This document shows positions 9,722-18,760 of a DNA stretch of 53,502 nucleotides, piece by piece. This DNA is from a virus (lineage: Duplodnaviria > Caudoviricetes). The stretch spans positions 1 to 53,502 of IMG/VR virus record IMGVR_UViG_3300029811_000124; one strand, written 5' to 3'. The translations under genes were made by a program, and so were the position numbers. The notes under the pieces are model-generated. The model was not told the origin of the DNA. It searched no databases and was given only the letters and a program-made list of their open reading frames with translations. Position 1 is the first letter of the stretch, and every line of letters begins with the position of its first letter.

Positions 9722-10284
9722 TCTATATTTCCTCCAATTTTCACATCACTTTCAATTTCGTCTCCCCAAACATTCCAAATTGGAGAATCTTTTTGCTTAA
9801 AAAGATTTAATGAGGTTTTTCTGCGAGCAAAAAGTTCTAAATATGGAGGATAACTTACTTTTTCTATCATTTCTCTCATTTTCTCAGGTTTTACAGAATG
9901 TTTAGTTCTATTTTCAAATAAGACGGTTAATCCTTGTTGTCTTTTATTGTCTTTTATTTTATAAGGCAGACATCCTTTTACTCCAAATAAACAATGTTCA
10001 GTCATTCCTCTAAAATATTGTCCAAGTCCAAATCTATCTTTTACCCATGTAATCATAGTTTTATATTTAAATCCCCATTTTTCCATTACAAATAAACCAT
10101 CTTTAAGAAAGTTATTTGTAACCCATAAATATAAATGAGCATTGTCTTCGGATGGTATTTTAAGGTTTGCTATATCTTTAGTTTTCATTAATCTATAATG
10201 CCTATCGGCTCCTCTTTTAATTTTTCCTCCACCTTGTTCGTTCCAGGGCGGATCAGAATAGATGGTTTTATAGCATTGTTGCAT
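9718..10284 (-). CDS. MT-A70 family adenine methyltransferase
   Basis: IYSDPPW, HLYLWVTN, WGFKYKT..TWVK, TEHCLFG, HSVKP, YLELFAR. Confidence 0.93.
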   Translation of the reverse strand: MQQCYKTIYSDPPWNEQGGGKIKRGADRHYRLMKTKDIANLKIPSEDNAHLYLWVTNNFLKDGLFVMEKWGFKYKTMITWVKDRFGLGQYFRGMTEHCLFGVKGCLPYKIKDNKRQQGLTVLFENRTKHSVKPEKMREMIEKVSYPPYLELFARRKTSLNLFKQKDSPIWNVWGDEIESDVKIGGNIE

Positions 10285-10429
10285 TTAATATCCTTTTTAC
10301 TTCCTTAAAATTTCTTTTTTCTTTACCCATTAAATATCTAATCTTTATTATTGTTTTTTCACTGTTTTTTTTATTTTCTAAATATTTTATTAAGTTTTCT
10401 CCACTCAATTTTATTTCACTCCTTCTATT

Positions 10430-11911
10430 TTATAATGAAATAACATTAATTTCTTCTGGTAAATCGTTTAAACTATGAACGACACATAATAATTGGAAAG
10501 GTAGGTTTTTAAATAGATTTAATACTATTTGTAAATTTTCAGAATCAAGTGATGAAAATCCTTCATCTGCTATTATTAATCCACTTTCTCCTTTTTCCAT
10601 TAGTAATGCTAATTGAAACGCTATAGAGATAACTAATCTTTGTCCACTAGATAAATCTTTATAATTATATTCCTCTTTATCTTCTTTATCTTCTTTATCT
10701 TCCCTACTATTCTTAATTAATTTTAAAACAATATCTCCTTTTTCATCTAAATCAAATTTAATAGTAAATCCGACCTTTATTATAATATCATTAATAATAG
10801 GTTCCAATATTTTTATCCACTCTATTATACAATAGGATGTAAATCCATCTAATTCTTTTATAGATTTCTTAAATATTTCAATATCTTTATTTGTCCATTT
10901 ATATTTCTTGAGTTTTAATCTATTTTCCAATTTATACTGTAATCTATTTAGTTTGGTTTTTCTTTTTAAATCTTTATCTATTAGATTTTTAAAATAATCT
11001 AAATTCTCTTTACTTTCAAGTATTTTTGAATTCGCTTCATTTATTATTTTATTTAATTCTGCTATTTCATTGCTAATTTTACCAATCAAATGTAGCTTAA
11101 TACTTTCAGTTATCTCTCTTTTACAAATTGGACAGTTTGAATATTGAATTATATCATTCTTTTGTTCTTTAAATATATTTTTCTTACTTTCATTTCCACT
11201 TTTTTTTCTAACAAAATTTAAATGATCATTTTCCAATATTTTATATTCTCTTTCGAAATTGAACATTTGTTCAGTGAGATTTAGTAATCCTATTTCTATT
11301 TGATATAATCTTTTTTCTGAGGGATATAAAATGGAGTTTAGCTGTAAATTATCTTTATTAAAGATTTCTCTTTCTCTCTTTTTCTCCATTAAATTATTTC
11401 TCATATTATTAAATAGAGATTCATTAAAAGAAAATAAAGTTTTCCTTAGAGAAGTTTTACCTTCTTCTAGAATATTAATTCCTTGTTTTAAATCTATCAT
11501 TCTAAACTTTCTAAAATAATCTATATTCTTATATCTTTTATTTAACCACTCTTGAGCGGTTTTACTAGTTGCAAATTCCAATGGAACTAATTTATTGTCA
11601 GCAAGATATTCAACTTTAAATATTTTTAAATCTGTAGGATATTTTCTTACTATTTTCAAATCGTCAATATAACCTTCAACACAACATTCTTTAGTTTTAT
11701 TTCTAGTAGGCAGTTTGGATAAAGCAACTTCACTGAATCCAAAAAATAGAAACAAAATACTGTCTTTTATTAGCGTGGACTTACCTATTCCGTTTTTACC
11801 TGTTATTAGATTAACTTTATCAAAACAAAATGTACGTGGTTTATAAAAGTTTTTAAAACCTGTTAATGTTATACTTTTTATTTCCATTTCACTTCCAAAT
11901 ATGTCCAACAT
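10430..11911 (-). CDS. sbcC: Rad50/SbcC (gp46-like) ABC ATPase
   Basis: GKNGIGKST, coiled coil with CPIC hook, LSSGQ signature, IIADEGFSSLD. Start probably MEIKSI (~11888). Confidence 0.9.
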   Translation of the reverse strand: MLDIFGSEMEIKSITLTGFKNFYKPRTFCFDKVNLITGKNGIGKSTLIKDSILFLFFGFSEVALSKLPTRNKTKECCVEGYIDDLKIVRKYPTDLKIFKVEYLADNKLVPLEFATSKTAQEWLNKRYKNIDYFRKFRMIDLKQGINILEEGKTSLRKTLFSFNESLFNNMRNNLMEKKREREIFNKDNLQLNSILYPSEKRLYQIEIGLLNLTEQMFNFEREYKILENDHLNFVRKKSGNESKKNIFKEQKNDIIQYSNCPICKREITESIKLHLIGKISNEIAELNKIINEANSKILESKENLDYFKNLIDKDLKRKTKLNRLQYKLENRLKLKKYKWTNKDIEIFKKSIKELDGFTSYCIIEWIKILEPIINDIIIKVGFTIKFDLDEKGDIVLKLIKNSREDKEDKEDKEEYNYKDLSSGQRLVISIAFQLALLMEKGESGLIIADEGFSSLDSENLQIVLNLFKNLPFQLLCVVHSLNDLPEEINVISL

Positions 11912-12218
11912 ATTTAAATTTAGTTACAGCTTTAAGCCAATTTTTAAATTCAAAAAAATGTAAATCTTTATAATAAGCTTTTATATATCCAGCATTAAGT
12001 TCAACATCCAAAAGAACACCCCAAACTCTATCATCTATTTCATAAACTTCTCCATTAATATAATCTCCACTTTTATCACTTCTAATCGCCACTGGATAAT
12101 GACCGGCATCATATAATATATATCCTGGTATATTTGTTTCATAAAGGAATTTAGAATTTCCTAATAATCTATGATTATAATGATTCTTTTTCAGAGATCC
12201 GTAGATGAACAATTTCAT
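11889..12218 (-). CDS. Gamma-glutamylcyclotransferase (AIG2-like)
   Basis: LFIYGSLKK..NH, YP, INGEVYEID..LLDVE. Confidence 0.88.
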   Translation of the reverse strand: MKLFIYGSLKKNHYNHRLLGNSKFLYETNIPGYILYDAGHYPVAIRSDKSGDYINGEVYEIDDRVWGVLLDVELNAGYIKAYYKDLHFFEFKNWLKAVTKFKYVGHIWK

Positions 12219-13086
12219 TTTCTAATACCCTCCTAACATCCATATCACTGATACTTTTTATCCACTTGTTAAATATATCTTTTAAAGATAATTTTATATT
12301 TCTACCTTTAGGTGTAATTGTTATGTTATCAAAATCACATTTAATTTTAAACTGAACAAACCTACTTTTATATTTTTGAATATAATTTATTCCATTTTTA
12401 AAATCATCAAAATTCTTAAATGTTAATCTAACTTTAGTATTTCTATCTATATCATCCAATTCATTTATATTAAAAACTTCTTTCATAGGAATAGCGTTTT
12501 TTATTTCGTAGAAATCTATTTTACCTTTTTTATATTTAGCTATATATTTTTTATCAACACCAATTTCTGCAAAAGTAGTGTAAATAATGGAACCTAAGTG
12601 ACAGTCTTTATTGTTGATTTGTTGCCGTTGATGCTGATGTCCCAAAAAACTGTTTTTATACTGTTTCAAATCTTTGGTATTAACTAAATACCTATCATGA
12701 CTAGGCAGATTAATAGCGAAAAACATATAGGATTTTTCTGTCATTTTATGACCAAAATATATATTATCAATAACCAAATCTTCAACGATATTAATACCTA
12801 AATATTTTAAATATTCCACACTATTATCATCATCTTTATAATTAATCATAGGGTGATTGCCACGAAGCATATAAAAGTTTAATGAATTTTGAAAAAACTC
12901 TTTAGCCCAATAAGTTCCAAATTTTAATTCTTTAGCAGTTGGTCTATTCTTATGAAAGAAATCTCCCAGTTGAACAATAATATCATTATTTTTATCCGTA
13001 TGAGTTAAAATTTCAGAAAAAACATTATCTAATTCGTCTAAAGAGTTTTCCTGTATATGGCTATCCCCAACGACTAGTATATTCAT
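12175..13086 (-). CDS. sbcD: Mre11/SbcD (gp47-like) nuclease
   Basis: GDSH, LGDFFH, GNH, GH, LGHQH, GS metallophosphoesterase motifs; next to Rad50. Confidence 0.88.
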   Translation of the reverse strand: MNILVVGDSHIQENSLDELDNVFSEILTHTDKNNDIIVQLGDFFHKNRPTAKELKFGTYWAKEFFQNSLNFYMLRGNHPMINYKDDDNSVEYLKYLGINIVEDLVIDNIYFGHKMTEKSYMFFAINLPSHDRYLVNTKDLKQYKNSFLGHQHQRQQINNKDCHLGSIIYTTFAEIGVDKKYIAKYKKGKIDFYEIKNAIPMKEVFNINELDDIDRNTKVRLTFKNFDDFKNGINYIQKYKSRFVQFKIKCDFDNITITPKGRNIKLSLKDIFNKWIKSISDMDVRRVLENEIVHLRISEKESL

Positions 13087-13301
13087 TTATTCAGTTTTTT
13101 TCTCTTCAACCTTCTTTTCAACTTTACTTTCTTCTATTAACTCTTTAATTGATTTTAAAGCACCACTGATTTCAAGAAGTCTCATATCATAAGTATTAAG
13201 CAGTTTTTGAGTATCTTGTTTTTTACCTAAAAGCTCTCTAGCTTCAGTTTCTAATATTTTAATTTTATTTTCTAAATTCATTTTTTCTCCTTTGTTCTTC
13301 T

Positions 13302-13907
13302 CTATTTCCCTCTGTTTCTTCCTTTATTTTCATTGCCTCTACCTAACTTTTTACCTAATCCCAATCCACGACCTCTACCTAATCCTTTACCTCTACCCAT
13401 TCTGTCAGATTTTGCAACTAAATCACAATTTTTCCCTCTTCCAAGTCTTCCGCTGCCATCCTTATTAGGCATAATTTCTCCTTTTTTTAATTTTCTATGT
13501 AATTTTAAATGACAACTTCTACATAAAGTTATTCCATTATCCACGTTAAATCTTAAATGTGGATAATCTGCAAAAGATTTTTTATGATGTGCAACAATAT
13601 TTCTTAATTTTCTAAAACATTCCTGACAAGTATAATTATCTCTTTTATAAACTTTATCTCTCCATTCTTTATATTCTTTAGATTTTTTAATTAAAGAATT
13701 TTTAGATGTTACCCCTCCTTTCCAATTAACATTCTTCTCTCCAATGTGTTCTCCTTTTTTAAATTCTGTTTTAACAGAAAGATGTCTACCTTTGAGAGAT
13801 TTACTTATTTTGTTTTTAGTTTCTTCAGAATGTTTGCCAGTAAATCCACTACTGCCCTTTTTAAACCATCCTTTATTAAGCCCATTTTTTGGTATGCCGG
13901 TTGGCAT
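13302..13907 (-). CDS. NUMOD3-HNH homing endonuclease, in frame with a Gly/Arg-rich DUF5320-like peptide (own ATG at 13472)
   Basis: KHSEETK, RDNYTCQEC..AHH..NGITLCRSCH; second RBS (GGAG) before MPNKDGSG. Confidence 0.8.
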   Translation of the reverse strand: MPTGIPKNGLNKGWFKKGSSGFTGKHSEETKNKISKSLKGRHLSVKTEFKKGEHIGEKNVNWKGGVTSKNSLIKKSKEYKEWRDKVYKRDNYTCQECFRKLRNIVAHHKKSFADYPHLRFNVDNGITLCRSCHLKLHRKLKKGEIMPNKDGSGRLGRGKNCDLVAKSDRMGRGKGLGRGRGLGLGKKLGRGNENKGRNRGK

Positions 13908-13919
13908 ATTATTACCTCC

Positions 13920-13991
13920 TTAAAATTTTTTATTATGCAAATTTGGCCTCTTTCTATTTACTTTTAATTTAGCTATAATTTCTTGTTCCAA
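13920..13991 (-). pseudogene. Displaced duplicate 3' end of mazG-like gene
   Basis: Reads LEQEIIAKLKVNRKRPNLHNKKF*, compared with LEWQIEKKLAYNRKRPKRHGKLF* at the end of 14803..15129. Confidence 0.8.
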
Positions 13992-14803
13992 GGAATAGTA
14001 TTTTTTCGATAACATTTTAAACACATTTTACTTCCATACAAAAAAGTATTTTGATGAATTTTTTTATTACAAATTATACAATAATATTTCCTTTTTGTTA
14101 CTCCTCCCTTCCAATTACCATTATATTCCCCATTACCTTTGCAAAATGGACATATACAATCTTTTTTGTGATTCGATTTTTTCTCTTTATGAGAATTAGA
14201 CATTTTTCTTTTACTTTCTTCTGTGTGATGTTTACCATAAAAATAATGTTTTTTTCCTTTTTTTGCTTCAGACATTTTTCTTTTAGTTTCTTCAGAATGT
14301 TTTTTACCTGTATTTATTTTAATTAGTTGTTTTCGGTGTTTATCTGATATTTTTTTACCTTTACTACCTAATCCAATTTTTCTTTTAGTTTCTTCAGAAT
14401 GTTTCCTGTTTCTTCCAGCTAAACTTATTTTTTTTCTAGTTTCTAAAGAAGCAACTCTTCCTTTAGCTCTTTCAGATATTTTTAAACGTGTGGCTTTGCT
14501 TGGTTTCCACCCCAAATTACCTTCACCTCCATCAGTAAGGTTATATCCATTTGGTCTTTTTGATTTTAAAAGTTTTATATAATATTTTTCCCTTTCAAAA
14601 AGTTCTTGTTTTGTTTTACACTTATCAATTACTTCCCAAGAAAAATTTTCAATTTTATATTTATTAATAGCTCTATACAATAAATATTTTTGTTTTTGTT
14701 TAGCAGCTTTCAAATGTTGTTTAATTCTTTTTTCTAAAGAGTAACTTGTTTGGCCTACATAAATTTTTTTGTTTATATTATTAGTAATTTTATAAATAAT
14801 CAT
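13973..14803 (-). CDS. GIY-YIG homing endonuclease with NUMOD3 repeats
   Basis: IIYKITN..KIYVGQT, REKYYI, GYNLTDGGEG, repeated KHSEETKRK. Confidence 0.92.
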   Translation of the reverse strand: MIIYKITNNINKKIYVGQTSYSLEKRIKQHLKAAKQKQKYLLYRAINKYKIENFSWEVIDKCKTKQELFEREKYYIKLLKSKRPNGYNLTDGGEGNLGWKPSKATRLKISERAKGRVASLETRKKISLAGRNRKHSEETKRKIGLGSKGKKISDKHRKQLIKINTGKKHSEETKRKMSEAKKGKKHYFYGKHHTEESKRKMSNSHKEKKSNHKKDCICPFCKGNGEYNGNWKGGVTKRKYYCIICNKKIHQNTFLYGSKMCLKCYRKNTIPWNKKL

Positions 14804-15129
14804 TAAAAAAGTTTACCGTGTCTTTTGGGTCTTTTGCGGTTATAAGCTAATTTTTTTTCTATTTGCCATTCTAAATCAATATTTTCCGATTCACAAAGGT
14901 CAAAAATTCTGATTGTGGTATCACAAAGTTCATCTTCAAAAGTATCTTTTCTCCAAACTTTATCTTTTTGTAAATTTCCTTTTCTAAGTGCTTCACAAGC
15001 TTCTGCTAATTCTGTCACACACAACATGAGTAACTCGGATAAATTTCTCTTCTTTTTACCATTCTTACCCCAAAAGCCCTTAGACACTGCTATAGCGTGA
15101 GATTGTTTTTGTAGTGTTTTTAAATTCAT
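14803..15129 (-). CDS. MazG-like nucleotide pyrophosphohydrolase
   Basis: LMLCVTELAEACEALR, EDELCD..IRIFD, NRKRP..HGK. Confidence 0.85.
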   Translation of the reverse strand: MNLKTLQKQSHAIAVSKGFWGKNGKKKRNLSELLMLCVTELAEACEALRKGNLQKDKVWRKDTFEDELCDTTIRIFDLCESENIDLEWQIEKKLAYNRKRPKRHGKLF

Positions 15130-15450
15130 AATTGTTTCTTTTTATATAATGGGCATTTTATTATTTTAACGAAACCAAACTGTTTACAACTTTTTTCACA
15201 AGTCAGACATTTAGTATTCCATTTCGTTGATTTCTTTCCTAAACTTTTCTTTTGTTTTTTTTCTGTTGTATATTTTGTCATTGCCTTTCACCCTTGTACG
15301 AGGATTAAATCCCCACATCACTCTTCCTTTTAGTTTTTTGTACTGTTTTAGAATATCTTTTTCTTTCATTTTTAACTCTACATTGAGGACATTTACAACT
15401 TGGTAAACACAAAGGTAATCTCCAATTTCCTCTCGATTTTTTTCCCATTT

Positions 15451-16185
15451 CTAAATACTTCTATTATTCTGTAAAGAAAATAATCTAATTTTTTCCCACA
15501 ATAGTTCCGTTGAAATAACATCTTCCACATTGTGATCCAAAACATGTTTAAGAGCTTTTTTATCTCCTTTAGCTGCATTATACCAAGATTGAAAATCAAA
15601 TTTATGTCCTTTAGCTTCAATACCAAAAAAATTACAAGCATTAAATAAACTTCTAGATTTTAAAGAAAATTTAGTTTTTAATAGAAAATATGTATCCGTA
15701 TGATAAATTTCCTTATATACAGGAAAATCCATTCCATAATAAACTGCTCTAGTTCTTAGAAAAGGAAGATCAAAAAAAGTAGAATAATGTCCTATAACTC
15801 TAGTATATTTTCTCAAGTCTTTAATTAAATCAACCATTAATCTCTTATCATTGTCCTTTGATAACATACATTCTTTAGGAGTTATAGAATTTGTATGTAC
15901 TTTTCCATTTAAATCCTTAATACAATAAGTCATCATAAATCCCATATCAGCTTTAAAGTTAAAAGTAAAAGTTTCTATATCAAGAAATCCTATCCTTTCT
16001 TTTATAACTAATTTTCTTCCTTTAGATGTTGTAAGTACTGCTTCCTCTTTATAAGCACAATTTGGATGTGTTAAAAAATTGTGTCCATGCTTACAAGTCA
16101 TTCTAGATAATTTTAATATATCCTCCTTCTTCATCTTAGATATTAAACGGTATGTAGCTAAACTGCCTTTTTTATTTTTTTTCAT
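15451..16185 (-). CDS. DEDD / RNase H-like 3'-5' exonuclease
   Basis: FLDIET, GHYSTFFDLPFL, HTDT, HNVEDV. Confidence 0.85.
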   Translation of the reverse strand: MKKNKKGSLATYRLISKMKKEDILKLSRMTCKHGHNFLTHPNCAYKEEAVLTTSKGRKLVIKERIGFLDIETFTFNFKADMGFMMTYCIKDLNGKVHTNSITPKECMLSKDNDKRLMVDLIKDLRKYTRVIGHYSTFFDLPFLRTRAVYYGMDFPVYKEIYHTDTYFLLKTKFSLKSRSLFNACNFFGIEAKGHKFDFQSWYNAAKGDKKALKHVLDHNVEDVISTELLWEKIRLFSLQNNRSI

Positions 16186-16412
16186 TTATTCTCCTTACCA
16201 TTAATATATTTTGTAGATTTTTCACCAAAATAGAAAGCTAATAAAGCTACATCAATAGTCTTTAACAATTCAGGAACCTTTAAACCTACTATTATTAAGT
16301 AAGATGTAGTTCCAAAGAACAGTATAGTGAATACTGTTCTAGGTTTTATTAAAGTTAATATAGCTTTATTAGTATCTAAAATCACTTTTCCTATGATTTC
16401 ACCTACATTCAT
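16182..16412 (-). CDS. Small membrane protein (holin-like)
   Basis: Two hydrophobic helices ending LAFYFG. Confidence 0.4.
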   Translation of the reverse strand: MNVGEIIGKVILDTNKAILTLIKPRTVFTILFFGTTSYLIIVGLKVPELLKTIDVALLAFYFGEKSTKYINGKENK

Positions 16413-16709
16413 ATTACGCTTTTCCGTTTTTCACCAATTGATAAATAACTTCAATAGATAGATTTAATATACTATCAGATATATTAATTCCTTTAGATTG
16501 AATATAATCAGTAATCTTTTGAAACACTTGTTTCTTTGCTTCTTCATTTTCTAAATCTGTACCTTGTACTTCTTTAATAATTGTCACTAATTCATCATAA
16601 ATAGGTGAAATATAAACTTTTACAAAGTTAAATACCCATCTAATCTTACGATATACTGAACTAAAAAATTCAAATATTTTCCACATAATCATTCCTCCTT
16701 TTAAATATT

Positions 16710-18218
16710 TTATAATGTACAGGATTCGTCTGAACATTTTTGTCTTGCCGGTTTTTTTCTTACTAATACTCCATCTTTACTTCCATCACGAAAAATAGTA
16801 ATACCTTTACATCCATTTTTCCAGGCTTGCATATAAATATTTTTAACATCTTCTACACTAGCTGAATTTGGTAGATTAATAGTTTTACTAATACTACCAT
16901 CTAACCATTCCTGCCATTTGGCTTGAACCTTTAAATGCCATTCAGGACTAATTTCGTGAGCTGTTCTAACATATTTAGATTTATATAACTCTCTAGTTTC
17001 TCTGATAATGCCAACTGTTAAATGTCTTTCAAAGTCTATATCAAATATAGGTTCTATACCACTACTACAATCTGCTAATAAAGATAAACTACCAGTTGGT
17101 GCTATTATTCTTTTCCAAAAACAATTCTTTGCCAATTTATCAGTAACTTCTTTATAAACTACTCCTATTTGATCTATAAAATCTAAACATTCTTGACTAT
17201 CATATTTAATACCTAATTTTATTAAACAATCAGCAAATCCCATTATACCTACCCCTATAGGGTCTAATTCTTTCATAGTTTTAGTAATTCGGGATAAGGG
17301 ATAATGCGACACTGCATTATTATTTCTTAATGCTCTAACTGCAACTTCCAAATATTTTTCAAATAAGTCAAAATCAAATTTATTATATCTTACTAATTTA
17401 CTAACATTAATACTTCCCAAACAACAAGCTCCATATTCCGGAAGTGGAACCTCCCCGCATGGATTAGTTGTTTTAATTTTTATTTTTGGAAAGTATATAT
17501 TATCTTTATTTATTCTGTTATAAAACAAAAATCCAGGATCTCCACTGTTCCAAGCACAAAAACACATTACATCAAATATAGTTTTAGCATTTAATATTGC
17601 ACAAGTTTTATTGTTATTGGGATTTTTTAACTCTATCTTATTATTTTTTTCTACATCCTGCATAAATTTATCACTAACCATAACAGATATATTAAAATTT
17701 GTTAAATCACCTTTTATTTTACTTTGAATGAAATTCATTATTTCTGCATGTTCAAAATTAAGTACACCCATTAAAGCTCCACGCCTAAACCCGCCTTGTT
17801 TAACTACTTCAGTAGCTGTATCAAATAATTTCATAAAAGATACAACACCACTACTTGTGCCCCCTGTTCCAAGAGTAGAATCTTTAGGTCTTAATTTGGA
17901 AAAATTAATTCCAACTCCTCCTCCTGACTTAAAAATAATTATCATATCTCTTAAAGCGTCACTAATACTTTCCATAGTATCTTCAATAGGTAATACAAAA
18001 CAAGCATGTAAATTGCCTTTTTTTGTTCCAGCATTTCTAATACAAGGAGAATTTGGCAAAAAAATTCCCTCATTCATAGCCACTCTTAATTTTTTCTCAA
18101 ATTTAGAATCTCCAAGAGATAAAGCATTAGCTACCCTTTTATAAACATCTTTAGCTTGTTCATTATCTCTACAATATCTCTGTTCGAGAAGATTTTTTGC
18201 ATTTCTACTAATTGACAT
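16710..18218 (-). CDS. nrdJ: Class II (adenosylcobalamin) ribonucleotide reductase
   Basis: FLPNSP, ACFV, GGGVG, RRGA.M, TNPCGE, CLGSIN, APTGS, C-terminal CSDESC. Confidence 0.93.
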   Translation of the reverse strand: MSISRNAKNLLEQRYCRDNEQAKDVYKRVANALSLGDSKFEKKLRVAMNEGIFLPNSPCIRNAGTKKGNLHACFVLPIEDTMESISDALRDMIIIFKSGGGVGINFSKLRPKDSTLGTGGTSSGVVSFMKLFDTATEVVKQGGFRRGALMGVLNFEHAEIMNFIQSKIKGDLTNFNISVMVSDKFMQDVEKNNKIELKNPNNNKTCAILNAKTIFDVMCFCAWNSGDPGFLFYNRINKDNIYFPKIKIKTTNPCGEVPLPEYGACCLGSINVSKLVRYNKFDFDLFEKYLEVAVRALRNNNAVSHYPLSRITKTMKELDPIGVGIMGFADCLIKLGIKYDSQECLDFIDQIGVVYKEVTDKLAKNCFWKRIIAPTGSLSLLADCSSGIEPIFDIDFERHLTVGIIRETRELYKSKYVRTAHEISPEWHLKVQAKWQEWLDGSISKTINLPNSASVEDVKNIYMQAWKNGCKGITIFRDGSKDGVLVRKKPARQKCSDESCTL

Positions 18219-18249
18219 TTTCCATTTCCTTTAATTTGTTTTTAAATAT

Positions 18250-18277
18250 AGAGTTGCCCAATTTCTCAGGCAACCCC
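18250..18277 (-). terminator. 12-bp hairpin with GAAA tetraloop upstream of nrdJ
   Basis: Minus strand GGGGTTGCCTGA-GAAA-TTGGGCAACTCT; the U-tract is weak, so it may be a processing or stability hairpin. Confidence 0.55.
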
Positions 18278-18760
18278 AATATTTCTTTTATTATCTACTT
18301 TCTTCCGTATCTCTACGATCTAAATCATCAGTTTTAGGTTCTTTTAATTCGATACCTTTAGCTTTTAAATCAATAGTTTGATTTGTTCTTACATTGTGCA
18401 ATAGCTTTAAATTTAAAGTTGACAATTTAACCAAAACTTTTAACAAACTTTCTACACTAGCGTCTTTATCACCTATAACTTTGTGAGCCATATTAATCTC
18501 TTCATGAATAGCTGTACTTGATAACATTACTTTCCCTCCTTTTTTCCAAACTCAATATTAGTATCCTTCTTTAAAAACTTTTCACTTTCTTTTAATTCAT
18601 CATGATAAGTTTTCTCAATAAATCTAACTTCATAATCTTTATCTAAATTTAAAAGAAAATGCCCCAATTCGTCATTGTTTTCCAAGTAAGTTATAAAATT
18701 CAACTTACTTTTTCCATGTTGTAATTCTACCTTCCAACCCATAATACCTCCTCTATCTTC

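Noticed and set aside
10672-10703. 9-bp tandem repeat in sbcC (EDKEDKEDKEE) and similar VEK repeats near 2980-3005
   Set aside because: Short in-frame slippage in charged loops; no sign of phase variation
14200-14450. Repeated ttttagtttcttcagaatgttt segments, also near 13815
   Set aside because: These are NUMOD3 coding repeats of homing endonucleases, not a CRISPR array
15393-15641. 82-aa minus-strand ORF
   Set aside because: Mostly overlaps the exonuclease gene in another frame
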